Positions 27,358 through 37,283 are shown, numbered from the stretch's first letter. The stretch: 64,000 bases of DNA from an uncultured Candidatus Rokubacteria bacterium (GCA_963762145.1 CAVXJS010000021.1:896001-960000), one strand, 5' to 3'. Notes: generated by a model from the letters alone, not told the origin. Translations and numbers: made by a program.

Positions 27358-28901
27358 TCGCTCTCTCCCTCAGGCCGGCCACCCGCGATCATGCGCGTGA
27401 TCTCCGCCTCGTAGAGCTCATAAGTTGGTTTGCAAATGATCGACGCCGCCCCGGCTGTGCGCCGCTCCGTCGCCTCCACTCGCAACAGGCCGTCGGCATC
27501 GATCCACAATGTGACCTTGATCTCGGGCATGCCAGCGGGCATCGGTGGGATCCCGCGCAGCTCGAATCGGGCCAGCGACCGACACTCTTTCGCCAGCTCC
27601 CGCTCGCCCTGCACCACGTGGAGGGCGACGGTTGTCTGTCCATCGACCGACGTCGTGAACGTCTCGTCCGCCCGCGTGGGAATCGTGGTGTTCCGCGGAA
27701 TGACCACACTGACGCTGCCGCCGAGGGTTTCGATTCCGAGAGACAGCGGCATCACATCCAAGAGGAGCATGTTCCCGTGCCCACCCTCCAGGATGCTCGC
27801 CTGGACGGCCGCCCCCATCGCCACCACCTGGTCCGGATCGAGACGGCTGTGCGTCGGGCGATCGAACAGACTCTCCACGCGCCGTCGTACCAGGGGCACC
27901 CGCGTCGACCCACCAACCAGCACGACCTCGTCGACGTCGGCCGGCGTCAGCCCAGCGTCTAGAAGCGCCATCTGGCACCGGATCAAGGTCCCTTTCACCA
28001 ACGGGTCAATTAGGTCCTCGAACTCGACGCGCGTGATCTCCCGGTAGTATGCGAGGTTCTCGAAAGAAAGCCGCACGGTGGTCCGGGGCTGACCGGAGAG
28101 CTCGACCTTTGCGGCCTCCGCGGCCAGCCGGAGCTGCTGCATCGCCACTCGGTCTCCTGCCAGTTCGCTGCCATGGCGCCCACGGATATCCTCTAGCAGG
28201 AACTCCACTAGCGCCCGGTCAAAGTCGTCACCCCCAAGCCGGGTGTGCCCGTTCGTCGCGAGCACCTCGAAGACTCCGTCCGTGACTCGGAGGAGAGAGA
28301 TGTCGAAGGTGCCGCCACCGAGGTCGTAGATCGCGATGACACCATTCTGCAGCCGCTGGAGTCCGTAGGCGAGGGCCGCGGCAGTCGGCTCGTTGAGCAG
28401 ACGCACCACTTCGAGCCCGGCGATCCGTCCCGCGTCGCGCGTCGCTTGTCGCTGGCTCTCGTCGAAGTAGGCCGGCACCGTGACCACTGCCCGCCGGACC
28501 GGCTCGCCGAAATGAGCACCCGCCTGCTCCTTGAGGGCCTTGAGCACGATCGCCGAAACCTCCGTCGGGGTGATCTCACGATCGCCGACGAGAAACCGAG
28601 TCGTGAGTTCCCCGGGAAGTACCGTGAAGGGGAGGTAAGCGATCTCGGACGCCGCGTCGTCGTAACTCCGTCCGAGCAGCCGCTTCGCGGAGAAGACGGT
28701 GGATCCCGGCTCCTGCGCGAGCATACGTTTGGCCTCATCGCCGACCAAAGGCTTCTCCGATTTGAACGACACGACCGATGGCACACGAACCTCTCCTCGA
28801 CGGTCTGGTATGACCCTCGGCAGTCCTGTCCGGTAGTCGACGTACGCGATGAGACTGTTGGTCGTCCCGAGATCGATCCCGATGATCGGGGGCATGGTCA
28901 T
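27348..28901 (-). CDS. Hsp70-family chaperone (HscA/DnaK-like), short C-terminus
   Basis: GIDLGTTNS, TVPAYF, DLGGGTFD, VGGSTRVP; ends just after the SBD-beta domain. Confidence 0.88.
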   Translation of the reverse strand: MTMPPIIGIDLGTTNSLIAYVDYRTGLPRVIPDRRGEVRVPSVVSFKSEKPLVGDEAKRMLAQEPGSTVFSAKRLLGRSYDDAASEIAYLPFTVLPGELTTRFLVGDREITPTEVSAIVLKALKEQAGAHFGEPVRRAVVTVPAYFDESQRQATRDAGRIAGLEVVRLLNEPTAAALAYGLQRLQNGVIAIYDLGGGTFDISLLRVTDGVFEVLATNGHTRLGGDDFDRALVEFLLEDIRGRHGSELAGDRVAMQQLRLAAEAAKVELSGQPRTTVRLSFENLAYYREITRVEFEDLIDPLVKGTLIRCQMALLDAGLTPADVDEVVLVGGSTRVPLVRRRVESLFDRPTHSRLDPDQVVAMGAAVQASILEGGHGNMLLLDVMPLSLGIETLGGSVSVVIPRNTTIPTRADETFTTSVDGQTTVALHVVQGERELAKECRSLARFELRGIPPMPAGMPEIKVTLWIDADGLLRVEATERRTAGAASIICKPTYELYEAEITRMIAGGRPEGESECS

Positions 28902-29338
28902 CCTCCCTCGGTCTCCTGAATCGGGTACCAGCGAAGCCTCAACTGATCCTCGAAAGAGGAGAGCTTGACTGTCTCAAGCTCGACAGCAGCCGCGGGCCCC
29001 CGCCATGTGCGCTTCGTCTTCCCCCCGACGGGATTGCCGTAACAAGCGGTCAGGAGATCACTCATCCGCGCGATCCGCTCTGCCTCCACATCGGCAGCAC
29101 GGAACAGGACTTGACACAGCTCACCGGTGGCGTGCGAGAACTGCGGAACCACCTCGAACGGGTGGCCCTCGATCGTCACCGATCCCCTGATCGGAGCGTA
29201 CGAGTTCGCAAACTTCGCGACCGGCGTGATCGGACTCACGCGACCCGCGAGGGCCTCCCGTACCTCCTCCTCGGTCATGCCCCACTCGATTGCCGGCCAT
29301 CCAGCGACATCACGGACGTCTTCAGCCAAACTGATCAC
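28898..29338 (-). CDS. Hypothetical protein
   Basis: AAGGAGG RBS before GTG; WGMTEEEV..LTACYGNP; ATGA overlap with the Hsp70 gene. Confidence 0.7.
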   Translation of the reverse strand: MISLAEDVRDVAGWPAIEWGMTEEEVREALAGRVSPITPVAKFANSYAPIRGSVTIEGHPFEVVPQFSHATGELCQVLFRAADVEAERIARMSDLLTACYGNPVGGKTKRTWRGPAAAVELETVKLSSFEDQLRLRWYPIQETEGG

Positions 29339-29366
29339 GGTAGACCTCCTTGTTCGTCATGTCTCT

Positions 29367-29433
29367 GTTGTACGTGGCGACCAACACTTAGGCCATTAGA
29401 AAGTCTGCGCGTGTTCCGTAGCTTTTCACGAAG
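29367..29433 (-). promoter_or_regulatory. Conserved LysR-type bipartite promoter, copy B
   Basis: Read on minus: CTTCGTGAAAAGCTACG ... CTAATGG - 20 nt - TACAAC. Confidence 0.7.
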
Positions 29434-29479
29434 TATCGATCCACTAGACCGACGATCGAATGACAGGTAGAAAGTACGT

Positions 29480-29938
29480 ATGGCGACAAGCGAGGCGAGA
29501 AGCAGTGGGCTGTTTCGCCAGATCGTGGAGGAGATGCCGGAGGCAGTGATTTTCGCCGATCAGCAGGGCGTGGTCCGCCTGTGGAACCGGGCGGCGGAGA
29601 CCCTGTTCGGATACTCCGCCGACGAGGCCCTGGGACAGAGCCTTGATCTGATCGTACCGGAGCGTTTTCGCGCTCGACACTGGGAAGGCTACCGTCACGT
29701 CATGGCTACCGGGGTGACCAGCTATGGACAGCGGCTGCTAGCGGTGCCCGCGATGCGCAAGGACGGTCAGCGCATCTCCATCGAGTTCTCGATCGCTCTC
29801 TTGAAGGACGAACACGGAGAGGTAACTGGTGCCGCCGCGGTCATCCGTGACGTGACGACCCGATGGCAAGCAGAGCGTGAGATGAAAAGGCGCTTGGCGG
29901 CACTGGAGGAATCCGGCGGCCGCGCCGCGGCTACCTAA
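29480..29938 (+). CDS. Stand-alone PAS domain protein (heme-PAS-like)
   Basis: WNRAAETLFGYSADEALGQSLDLIVPERFRARH..RKDG..IRDVT; no output domain. Confidence 0.88.
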   Translation: MATSEARSSGLFRQIVEEMPEAVIFADQQGVVRLWNRAAETLFGYSADEALGQSLDLIVPERFRARHWEGYRHVMATGVTSYGQRLLAVPAMRKDGQRISIEFSIALLKDEHGEVTGAAAVIRDVTTRWQAEREMKRRLAALEESGGRAAAT

Positions 29939-31256
29939 GGCGTGGACGGCGGCGCGGGCCGGGGTTCCTTGCTCAGGGCCACGAGGATGATGCTGAGTCC
30001 CACGGAACCCAGGCACAACCAGAACACCGCCTGATAGGCCGCGACCGGTGTGTGTCCGTCCGGCTGGGGAAACGCCGACACGATCAGTCCGCTGACTTGC
30101 TGATAGACGGCGCCACCGAGCCAGAAAAAGAGGTTGAGGATTCCCATGGCCGTGGCGACAACCTGGGGTGGGACCGAGTCCTTGAGCTGCGCATACGATG
30201 GAATCCAGGTGGAGGCGAAGAACCCGCCCCAGAACATCGCCACCCACAGCACGCCGTCCGACAGTCCGACCGGGCGGATAGCGAGAAGCACCCAGAGGAG
30301 GGCATACACGACAGCGCCCGCAAGCACCACGCGCTTGCGGGAGCCCACGATCTCGTCGGCCAGGTAGCCCCAGAGCGTGCAACCGACGATGAGCCCGATG
30401 GCCCAGAGGGTCAGCGCGTTGGCGGCTTGCTGCTGCGTCTGCCCATAGGCATCCATGAGATAGGGCACGGCCCACAACCCTTGCATCATCGTCATCGTGC
30501 CGAATAGCAGGAAGGCATAGCTCCCAGCAGCCAGGTATTCGGCTCGCGAAGGACCACGAGAAGGCCCTGGCCCAGCGACATGGACCGGCTGGCTCCCGGA
30601 GGCTCGGGCAGATCATCTATCTCGGCGAGCGAGGGGAGCCCGCGCTCGGAGGGGTTGTCACGGACGAAGACATATATAAGGAGCGCCGTCACCAGCATGA
30701 CCACTCCAACCCCGCCCAGGCTGAGCCGCCAACCCGTCAACGTGATCAATGCCATGAGGGGCGCGGCCGCGCTCAGCCCACCCAGGTTGGCGACCGACGT
30801 CCAGGCCCCGGTGAGGGTTCCGAACTCTCGGCTGCGGAACCACTGCGCCATGATCTTGGCGGCGCCCACATAGAGGATCGAGGCTCCAAGGCCGGTCAGG
30901 GCTCGCCCGATGAGCGCCACCACAAAGTTGGGGGCGGAGGCGAACAACACCTGCCCAACCCCGGCGACGACCAGGAAGGCGGTGACCGTTCGACGTGAGC
31001 CGAAGCGGTCGGTCAGGACACCCGCCACCGGCTGCATCAGGGCAAAGGGCCACAGGTACAGTGAGGTGAGGAGCCCGAGCTCGGCCGCGTTCAGGACGAA
31101 TGCCGCCTGTAAATCGGGGATGGCCACGGCCGGGGCCAGGCGGGTGAAGAAGGCCAGCAGCCCGCTGACGAAGAGCAGCCCGAGGCACACCCAGCGGTAC
31201 GTCAGCGTCCGTCGGATCAGAGCGGGCGTGAGGAGCTGCGGATCGGCCGGCGTCAC
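29935..31256 (-). CDS. MFS transporter, frameshift near 30520
   Basis: GVLTDRFGSR and GYLADEIVGSRK loop motifs in two frames; one extra base restores LGxYAFLLFGTMTMMQGLW. Confidence 0.85.
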
Positions 31257-32518
31257 CGATTAATCCGGCTGGTGGCGCCTCTCGCCGCCTGAGCTCGGCG
31301 GGGCGCCGCCACCCACGCGGCCACGGCGGAGGCCGCGATAGCGAGCGCGGCGACGGCGAACGCGATCTGATAGCTGCCGGTGACGTCGAAGAGCCAGCCT
31401 CCGAGGAACGGTCCGATGAAGCCTCCGAGTCCGCCCCCACCCTGGGCGGCCCCGAGAATGACTCCCAGATGCCGTCCCGCGAAGAGATCGGTCGGGATGG
31501 CCGCCAGCAGGGAGATGCGCATACCGAAGCCCACCCCGGCGACCACGTAGCCGAGCAGGAGCAGGAAGTCTTCGGGTCCGTCGAGGCAACCGAGACAACC
31601 GATCCCGGCGACCCCGATGGCCGAGCCGAGCGCAAAGACCCACCCCCTACCCCACCGGTCTGAGAGGGAACCGCCGATCACGTTCCCCGCGACCGTACAC
31701 GCGCCACCCAGTCCAAACACCCACCCAAGCGTGGCGCCGCTGAAGCCGCGCTCCAGCGCGTGCGCGACCTGGTGCGTCGTGACAATCTGATATCCGATCA
31801 CCCCGAACCCCCACATCGCGAACACCGCCCAGAACGGGACGCTGCGGAGCGCCATGCCCAGCGTCCAGTCGCCGGCGGCTTCCGGCATCCGATCGACGGG
31901 CACCTCGCGCCGACCCTCGACGTTCTCGGGTGGGTCACGATAGAGGAAGGCGGCGAGCGGGATGGTCACGACGGCCACGAGGAGGCCGAAGATCGCCAGC
32001 GCGGTGCGCCAGCCGAAGACGAGAATCAGATACGTATTCAGCGGGTAGAAGATGATGGCGCTGGCCGAGGCGCCTGCGCTGATGACCCCCATCGCTGCGC
32101 CACGCGAACGAACGAACCATCGGCCGACGATGGCGGCGGCCGGAATCTGGATGCAGGCAATGCCCGCACCGCCGAGGACGCCGAAAGCGATGTAGTACTG
32201 CCAGAGCGTCGTCACCTGACCGGTCAACGCGAGGGCCACGCCGAGGAGCAGCCCTCCCGCCGGTACCAAGAGCCGGGCGCCCCACCGATCGTACAGCCAG
32301 CCGGCCAGGGGCGAGAAGACGAGGAGCAGCAGCCAGCTCAAGGAGTAGCCGAGCGCCGCCTCGCCGCGACGCCACGCAAACTCGCCGAGGAGCGCGACGT
32401 AGAACACGGAAAAGGTGGAGCGAACCGACCAGGCCAATGAGTTGACGATTGCGGATACGGACACCACGACCCAGCCGTACCGCGACTGCTGCTTTCCCCG
32501 GAGCGGGTTCGAACTCAT
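31253..32518 (-). CDS. MFS transporter (OFA/MCT-like)
   Basis: 12-TM pattern; GWLYDRWGAR, GSLSDRWGR, GGWLFDVTGSY. Confidence 0.92.
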   Translation of the reverse strand: MSSNPLRGKQQSRYGWVVVSVSAIVNSLAWSVRSTFSVFYVALLGEFAWRRGEAALGYSLSWLLLLVFSPLAGWLYDRWGARLLVPAGGLLLGVALALTGQVTTLWQYYIAFGVLGGAGIACIQIPAAAIVGRWFVRSRGAAMGVISAGASASAIIFYPLNTYLILVFGWRTALAIFGLLVAVVTIPLAAFLYRDPPENVEGRREVPVDRMPEAAGDWTLGMALRSVPFWAVFAMWGFGVIGYQIVTTHQVAHALERGFSGATLGWVFGLGGACTVAGNVIGGSLSDRWGRGWVFALGSAIGVAGIGCLGCLDGPEDFLLLLGYVVAGVGFGMRISLLAAIPTDLFAGRHLGVILGAAQGGGGLGGFIGPFLGGWLFDVTGSYQIAFAVAALAIAASAVAAWVAAPRRAQAARGATSRINR

Positions 32519-32911
32519 CGGCTACGCGTATAACACCGGTAGCAAACTGATGTGAAACGGGTGGCCTCCCTCATACGCTCCCGCACGAGCACCACGCCCG
32601 ACCGCGACCCGACGGTGTAACGCGCCGAGGTCAGGGCCACCACCCGGTCCGGCTCGCGGATGTCGTCCGGACGCTCTCGGGCGGTGTCCACCACGCGCTG
32701 CCACTCGCTCGGGCGCCCCTCCTGCACGACGAACTCAAGGGGCTCCCAGTGCGCGTTGACCATCACGTAAGAGGAGCAGGGTCACGTGCTCGGCATGCTC
32801 GGAATAGACCGCGAAGTTCCAGGCTGCCTCCTCGGCGATCCACGTCGCCCCGAGCGGGTTGGGCAACTCTTCGCGGTTCGCCCAGGAAGGGGTGGAAGGT
32901 TGGCCGCTCAT
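32515..32911 (-). pseudogene. glgX: Glycogen debranching enzyme/isoamylase remnant; N- and C-termini joined by a large internal deletion
   Basis: PNPLGATW..NFAVYSEHAEHVTLLL followed by YVMVNAHWEPLEF..WQRVVDT..YTVGSRSGVVL; junction near 32770. Confidence 0.8.
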
Positions 32912-33870
32912 GTCTTCTTCGAATCGGCCGGCTCTGCCGGCGCGGCCTCGACGGGGAAGCCCGCCTCCCGCCACGCGTCAAGGCCCCCCGCGAGCGGGCG
33001 GATGCGCTGGACGCCGCGGCGCCGCAGAAGCAGCGCCACCCGGGCGCTGGTGGCTTCGTTGGGTCACGTGCAGTAGAGGATCACGTCTCGGTCGCGTGGG
33101 ATCTCCTGCGAGTGCCGCTCGAGCTCCTCCGGGCTCATGTGCACGGCTCCCGGAATCACTACCGAGTCAGCCCCGAAATCAAGTGCGTGACGGAGATCCA
33201 CGATCACTGGCGCTTCGCCGGCCTCGAGCTTCCCCTTGAGCTCGGCCGGGGTGATTCGCGCGATCCGCAAGGCCCGGATGAAGCGCTGGCGTCTGACGTA
33301 CTTGCCCGCGAGATAGAGGGAGAGCCCACCGAACATCAGGCCGAAAAGCCAGACGCCCAGATATCGCCCGTGGGTCGCGAGGCGTTCAGCCTGGTCGCTG
33401 AAGACATAGCCCAGCCCGGTGTACGTCCCGATCCACAGGAATGCCCCCAGAGCATCGACGAGCAAAAACCTGGACCGCCGCATCCGCAGGATGCCGGCGA
33501 GCGGCTGCGCCACCGTGTTCAGCCCCGGCACGAACTTGGCGACCAGGAGCGTCCACCCGCCGTACCGAGCGAACATATTCTGACTCCGTCGCACACAAGA
33601 GTCCGGCTCGAGCGAGATCCGGCACAGCAGGCGCATCACTTGACTCCCGCGGGCACGACCGATCTCGTACCAGATGACGTCGCTGAGCAACGACGCGGCT
33701 ACGCCCACCGCGATAGCGGACGGGAGACGGAGCAATCCGGCGCCGGCCAGCACCCCCGCCGCGAGGAGGACCGGCTCGCTCGGGACCGGCAGTGCGAGCT
33801 GCTCGGCGGCCACCCAGGCGAACAAGACGACATACCCGTGGTGGATCAGATACGCGGTGGCGTCCTTCAA
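32908..33870 (-). CDS. DedA/VTT-rhodanese fusion, probable selenoprotein (UGA at 33064-33066 read as Sec)
   Basis: DedA motifs (LPVPSEP, AKFVPG); rhodanese DLR..IPGA..ILYCT-UGA-PNEATSARVA..PLAGGLDAW; next stop overlaps the glgX ATG; hairpin after the UGA. Confidence 0.85.
33027..33057 (-). promoter_or_regulatory. Candidate bacterial SECIS hairpin
   Basis: mRNA UGA CCCAAC GAAG CCAC CAGCGCC [CGGGU] GGCGCUG CUUC; loop begins 21 nt after the UGA, with G at loop position 2. Confidence 0.65.
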
Positions 33871-33896
33871 GTCAGCGGCGCGGCCCGGCCCACCGC

Positions 33897-35639
33897 CTAG
33901 CTCTCCGGACCGTAGCGGTTGAGGATCAGGCGGTCGATGGCGCGGCCGAGATCCGGGATCTCGCCCCGGCGCCACCGCACCACGCTCTTCTCCAGCTGGC
34001 GCGCCAGCTCCCGATCCGCGAAGACGTCCAGCACCCATCGGGAGAAGTCGCCGCGGGCGGCGTGGTAGCCGAGCACGTCGCCCGGGACGGCGACAACCGC
34101 GTGGCGGAAGCCGTGCAGGCTCTCCGCCGCCGCGACCACGCGCCCATCGTGGTTGCGGAAGAAGAAGCGCCGCTCTGGAGGCACGTGCGAATCGGCGTAC
34201 TTCTTCACGTGCCGCACGTGCATCGTCTCGCGCGCCGCCGCGACGAACGTGAGCGCCATGGGGACGCCGTTGGGGTCCTGCTTAACGACGACGAACTTGC
34301 CTCGCGGCAGCTGGGGCAGCATGGCCGCCGGCCAGGCGTCCCCGCTGGCCGCGATGTCAGGCAGCGAGACGCTCAGGAAGGCCAGCTCGTCCGGCGCGGT
34401 GACGCGCGACAGGAGGTAGACGTCCATCGCCTTGACCACGCGCTCGCGCAGCCAGCTCGGGAGGTAGGTGACGAGACAGAAGCCCCGTTCCTCGATCCCC
34501 AGGGCCTCCTCGGCCACCCCCTCGCGATGCAGCGAGTAGTGCGCCTCGTCGAGCAGCACCCAGTGGGGCCGCCCCAAGCGCCGCCTGAGGTCGCCGATCG
34601 CGCGCAGCCCGGCCTCGATCACGTCCACCTTCCGCGCGTGGGGAAGCGCCGAGAGGTCGGCGATCACCGAAGCGCCCAGGTTCCGCTCGAGCCGGGTGAG
34701 CAATCGCACCATGTCCTGCTCGCTGTGGACCGCGGCCCAGGTGACGGCGGCGAGCCGGGAGAGCACCTGATAGTCTCCCTCCGGATCAATGACGCACACC
34801 GCGTACCGGGCGGCCACGAGGCGCTCGACCAGCGCTCCGGCCAGCCAGGACTTGCCCGAGAGCGGATCGCCGTGCACCAGCACGTTGACGCCGCGAGCCG
34901 GGATCGCCACCGGCTCGGACGTCTCGGCAGCCCAGCCGAGCGGGATTCGATGCCGGGCCGAGAACTGCACCGGCAGGAGACCCTGAAGGACGGGACCTAC
35001 GACCGCCGCCGCCACCGCCGCGCCGTTCTCCCCCGGGAAGATCCAGTCGGCACGCTCCTTCACCACCGCCATGCCGTCGGCCGGGCACGCCCGCCACCCG
35101 CAGACCTCGAAGAACGGCAGATCGTTCTCGGCGTCGCCGAAGGCCAGTACATCATGGAAGGACAAGCCGAGGAATCGCAGAGCGTTCTGGACTCCCGGGC
35201 CCTTGGAGACCCCCGCCGGCAGCAACATGAGCGCGCCACGGTTGTACACGTGGACGCGATTCACGCCCACCGCTGCCAGCGCCTCACGGATTGGCGATTC
35301 GTCCCCCCGCGCGGCTCCGACGATGACGCGCCCGACCTGATGGGAAATCCCGCGGCGATCCAACTCGGCCAGGAGTCGGGTGGGCGGAGGTGGACCCTGA
35401 TTCCGGATCATTGCCGACCCGGGATAGTGGAGCACCGCCCCGTTCTCGGCGACAACGGCCTCGAAGAGATCGAGGCAGTCACAGACGCGGCTCAACTCGA
35501 AGAAGGTGCGTCCCGTGACGAGAACGAGCCGCAGCCCAGCCTGCCGGGCGCGCTCGAGGGCTTCCCGTACCCCCGGGCCGATCCGGTCGTCGGAGGCCAG
35601 GGTACCGTCGAAATCGAACGCCAACGCTTTGAAGAACAT
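33897..35639 (-). CDS. HAD-IIB phosphatase fused to a P-loop NTPase and a C-terminal domain
   Basis: DFDGTL, VTGR, SKG, GDAEND; Walker A GDPLSGKS; DPEGDY; Walker B LLDEAH; C-terminal GDFSRWV. Confidence 0.88.
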   Translation of the reverse strand: MFFKALAFDFDGTLASDDRIGPGVREALERARQAGLRLVLVTGRTFFELSRVCDCLDLFEAVVAENGAVLHYPGSAMIRNQGPPPPTRLLAELDRRGISHQVGRVIVGAARGDESPIREALAAVGVNRVHVYNRGALMLLPAGVSKGPGVQNALRFLGLSFHDVLAFGDAENDLPFFEVCGWRACPADGMAVVKERADWIFPGENGAAVAAAVVGPVLQGLLPVQFSARHRIPLGWAAETSEPVAIPARGVNVLVHGDPLSGKSWLAGALVERLVAARYAVCVIDPEGDYQVLSRLAAVTWAAVHSEQDMVRLLTRLERNLGASVIADLSALPHARKVDVIEAGLRAIGDLRRRLGRPHWVLLDEAHYSLHREGVAEEALGIEERGFCLVTYLPSWLRERVVKAMDVYLLSRVTAPDELAFLSVSLPDIAASGDAWPAAMLPQLPRGKFVVVKQDPNGVPMALTFVAAARETMHVRHVKKYADSHVPPERRFFFRNHDGRVVAAAESLHGFRHAVVAVPGDVLGYHAARGDFSRWVLDVFADRELARQLEKSVVRWRRGEIPDLGRAIDRLILNRYGPES

Positions 35640-35722
35640 GGCTGTCGTCGGATCATGCCCGCGTGCTGTGTGGGTGGCGCGCGTAGTCTAGCACCGCGGT
35701 CTGGGAAGGCAATCCCGTGCGA

Positions 35723-35789
35723 GAAAGATCCAGTCTAACCCTCGCGACTCAACTATCTAATGGTCTGGCGATGCGGAGCGCGTTAGAAA
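35723..35789 (+). promoter_or_regulatory. Conserved LysR-type bipartite promoter, copy C
   Basis: GAAAGATCCAGTCTAAC ... CTAATGG (35757-35763) - 20 nt - TAGAAA; GAGGAGG RBS follows. Confidence 0.65.
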
Positions 35790-35807
35790 AGAGGCGAGGA
35801 GGACGCC

Positions 35808-36299
35808 ATGAACTTCGACAAGATCCTGATCCCGCTCGACGGGTCGCGCTTCGCGGAGGCCGCACTGCCGAGGGCAGTAGAGCTCGTCCGCAACAATCCC
35901 GACGCGACGCTGATCCTGCTCCGCGCCGCCGAGGCGACGACGTTTCCCGGCGTAGATCCCATCGACGCCCAGGTTTCGGTGGTTCATGAGGCGGAGGATT
36001 ACCTCGAAACCGTGGCCGCGCGGCTCCGAAAGGACGGCGTCTCAGAGGTGAAGACCTCGGTCTGGTACAGCGCCGCGGCTCCGGCAATCCTGGAGGCCGC
36101 CCGGATGACGAATCCGGATCTCATCATTATGAGCACCCATGGTCGGAGCGGCATCGGCCGACTGATCGCCGGATCGGTGGCCGAGTCGGTGCTGCGGGGC
36201 ACCCGGACGCCGATCTTCCTAATCCGGGTCGAGGGCACGCCGGTGGAAACGCCCGTCGGGCGGGCGGCCGAGCGGGGGCGGGAGACGGCCAATGTATGA
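35808..36299 (+). CDS. Universal stress protein
   Basis: KILIPLDGS; MSTHGRSG..GSVAESVLR. Confidence 0.95.
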   Translation: MNFDKILIPLDGSRFAEAALPRAVELVRNNPDATLILLRAAEATTFPGVDPIDAQVSVVHEAEDYLETVAARLRKDGVSEVKTSVWYSAAAPAILEAARMTNPDLIIMSTHGRSGIGRLIAGSVAESVLRGTRTPIFLIRVEGTPVETPVGRAAERGRETANV

Positions 36300-36756
36300 G
36301 CGGGTGCTCGTGCCACTCGACGTCTCGCGTCTGGCGGAGGGCATTCTGCCCTTCATCCTCCAAATCGCGAGCCCGCTCGATCCGGAAGTGGTCCTGATAT
36401 ACGTCGTGCGGCCGATAGCGCCGCAAGCCATCGAGGGTACCCGCCACTTCACGGTCGACGACGTGGCGGCGCGGCTGAAGGAGGCTCGCGAGTATCTCGC
36501 CCCCGTGGCCGCCAATTTGCGAGAAGGTGGCGTGCGGGTCACGACCGACGTTCGGCACGGGGAGCCTGTGGCGGAGATCGTGGCGGCGGCGCGGGACACC
36601 GAGGCCGACCTCATCGCCATGGCGACCCGCGGCCGGATCGGGTTTGGCCGGCTCCTGTTCGGCTCGATCGCGGAAGCGGTGCTCCGGCAGGCCCAGATCC
36701 CGGTTCTAATGATGCGGCTCACCGAGCGCCAGCTGGCAGCCGCCGCGGTGGCCTGA
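36292..36756 (+). CDS. Universal stress protein
   Basis: RVLVPLD; MATRGR..FGSIAEAVLR. Confidence 0.93.
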   Translation: MYERVLVPLDVSRLAEGILPFILQIASPLDPEVVLIYVVRPIAPQAIEGTRHFTVDDVAARLKEAREYLAPVAANLREGGVRVTTDVRHGEPVAEIVAAARDTEADLIAMATRGRIGFGRLLFGSIAEAVLRQAQIPVLMMRLTERQLAAAAVA

Positions 36757-37283
36757 TGGCGGCGAGGACGCTGTACACGATCGGGCACTCCACCCGCACC
36801 GCGCGAGAGCTCATCGAGCTGCTCCGGGCTCACGGGGTGGAGCAGGTGGTGGACGTCCGCACCATCCCTCGGTCGCGTCACAATCCACAGTTCACTCGAC
36901 TCGCGTTGTCGCGCTCGCTCCACGAGGCCAAGATCGCCTACCGTCACCTGAAGGCCTTGGGCGGGCTCCGTCAAGCGCGGCCCGACTCCATCAACCTCGG
37001 CTGGCGCAACGCCTCCTTCCGCGGCTACGCCGACTACATGCAGACTGGGGACTTCGCCGCCGGCCTCGAGCGCCTCGAGCAGCTCGCGGCCCGGCGCCTC
37101 ACGGTGATCATGTGTGCCGAGGCCCTGCCGTGGCGCTGCCATCGGTCCCTGATCGCGGACGCGCTCACGGTGGCCAGGTGGCGAGTGCTCCATATCCAGA
37201 GCCGTAAGACCGCCCGGCCTCACAAACGTACGCCCTTCCTCAGGGTGCGCTCCGGCCGGCTCGTCTACCCGAGAACGCCTTGA
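36756..37283 (+). CDS. DUF488 family protein (long type)
   Basis: YTIGHSTR..VDVRTIPRSRHNPQF..MCAEALPWRCHRSLIAD. Confidence 0.92.
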   Translation: MAARTLYTIGHSTRTARELIELLRAHGVEQVVDVRTIPRSRHNPQFTRLALSRSLHEAKIAYRHLKALGGLRQARPDSINLGWRNASFRGYADYMQTGDFAAGLERLEQLAARRLTVIMCAEALPWRCHRSLIADALTVARWRVLHIQSRKTARPHKRTPFLRVRSGRLVYPRTP

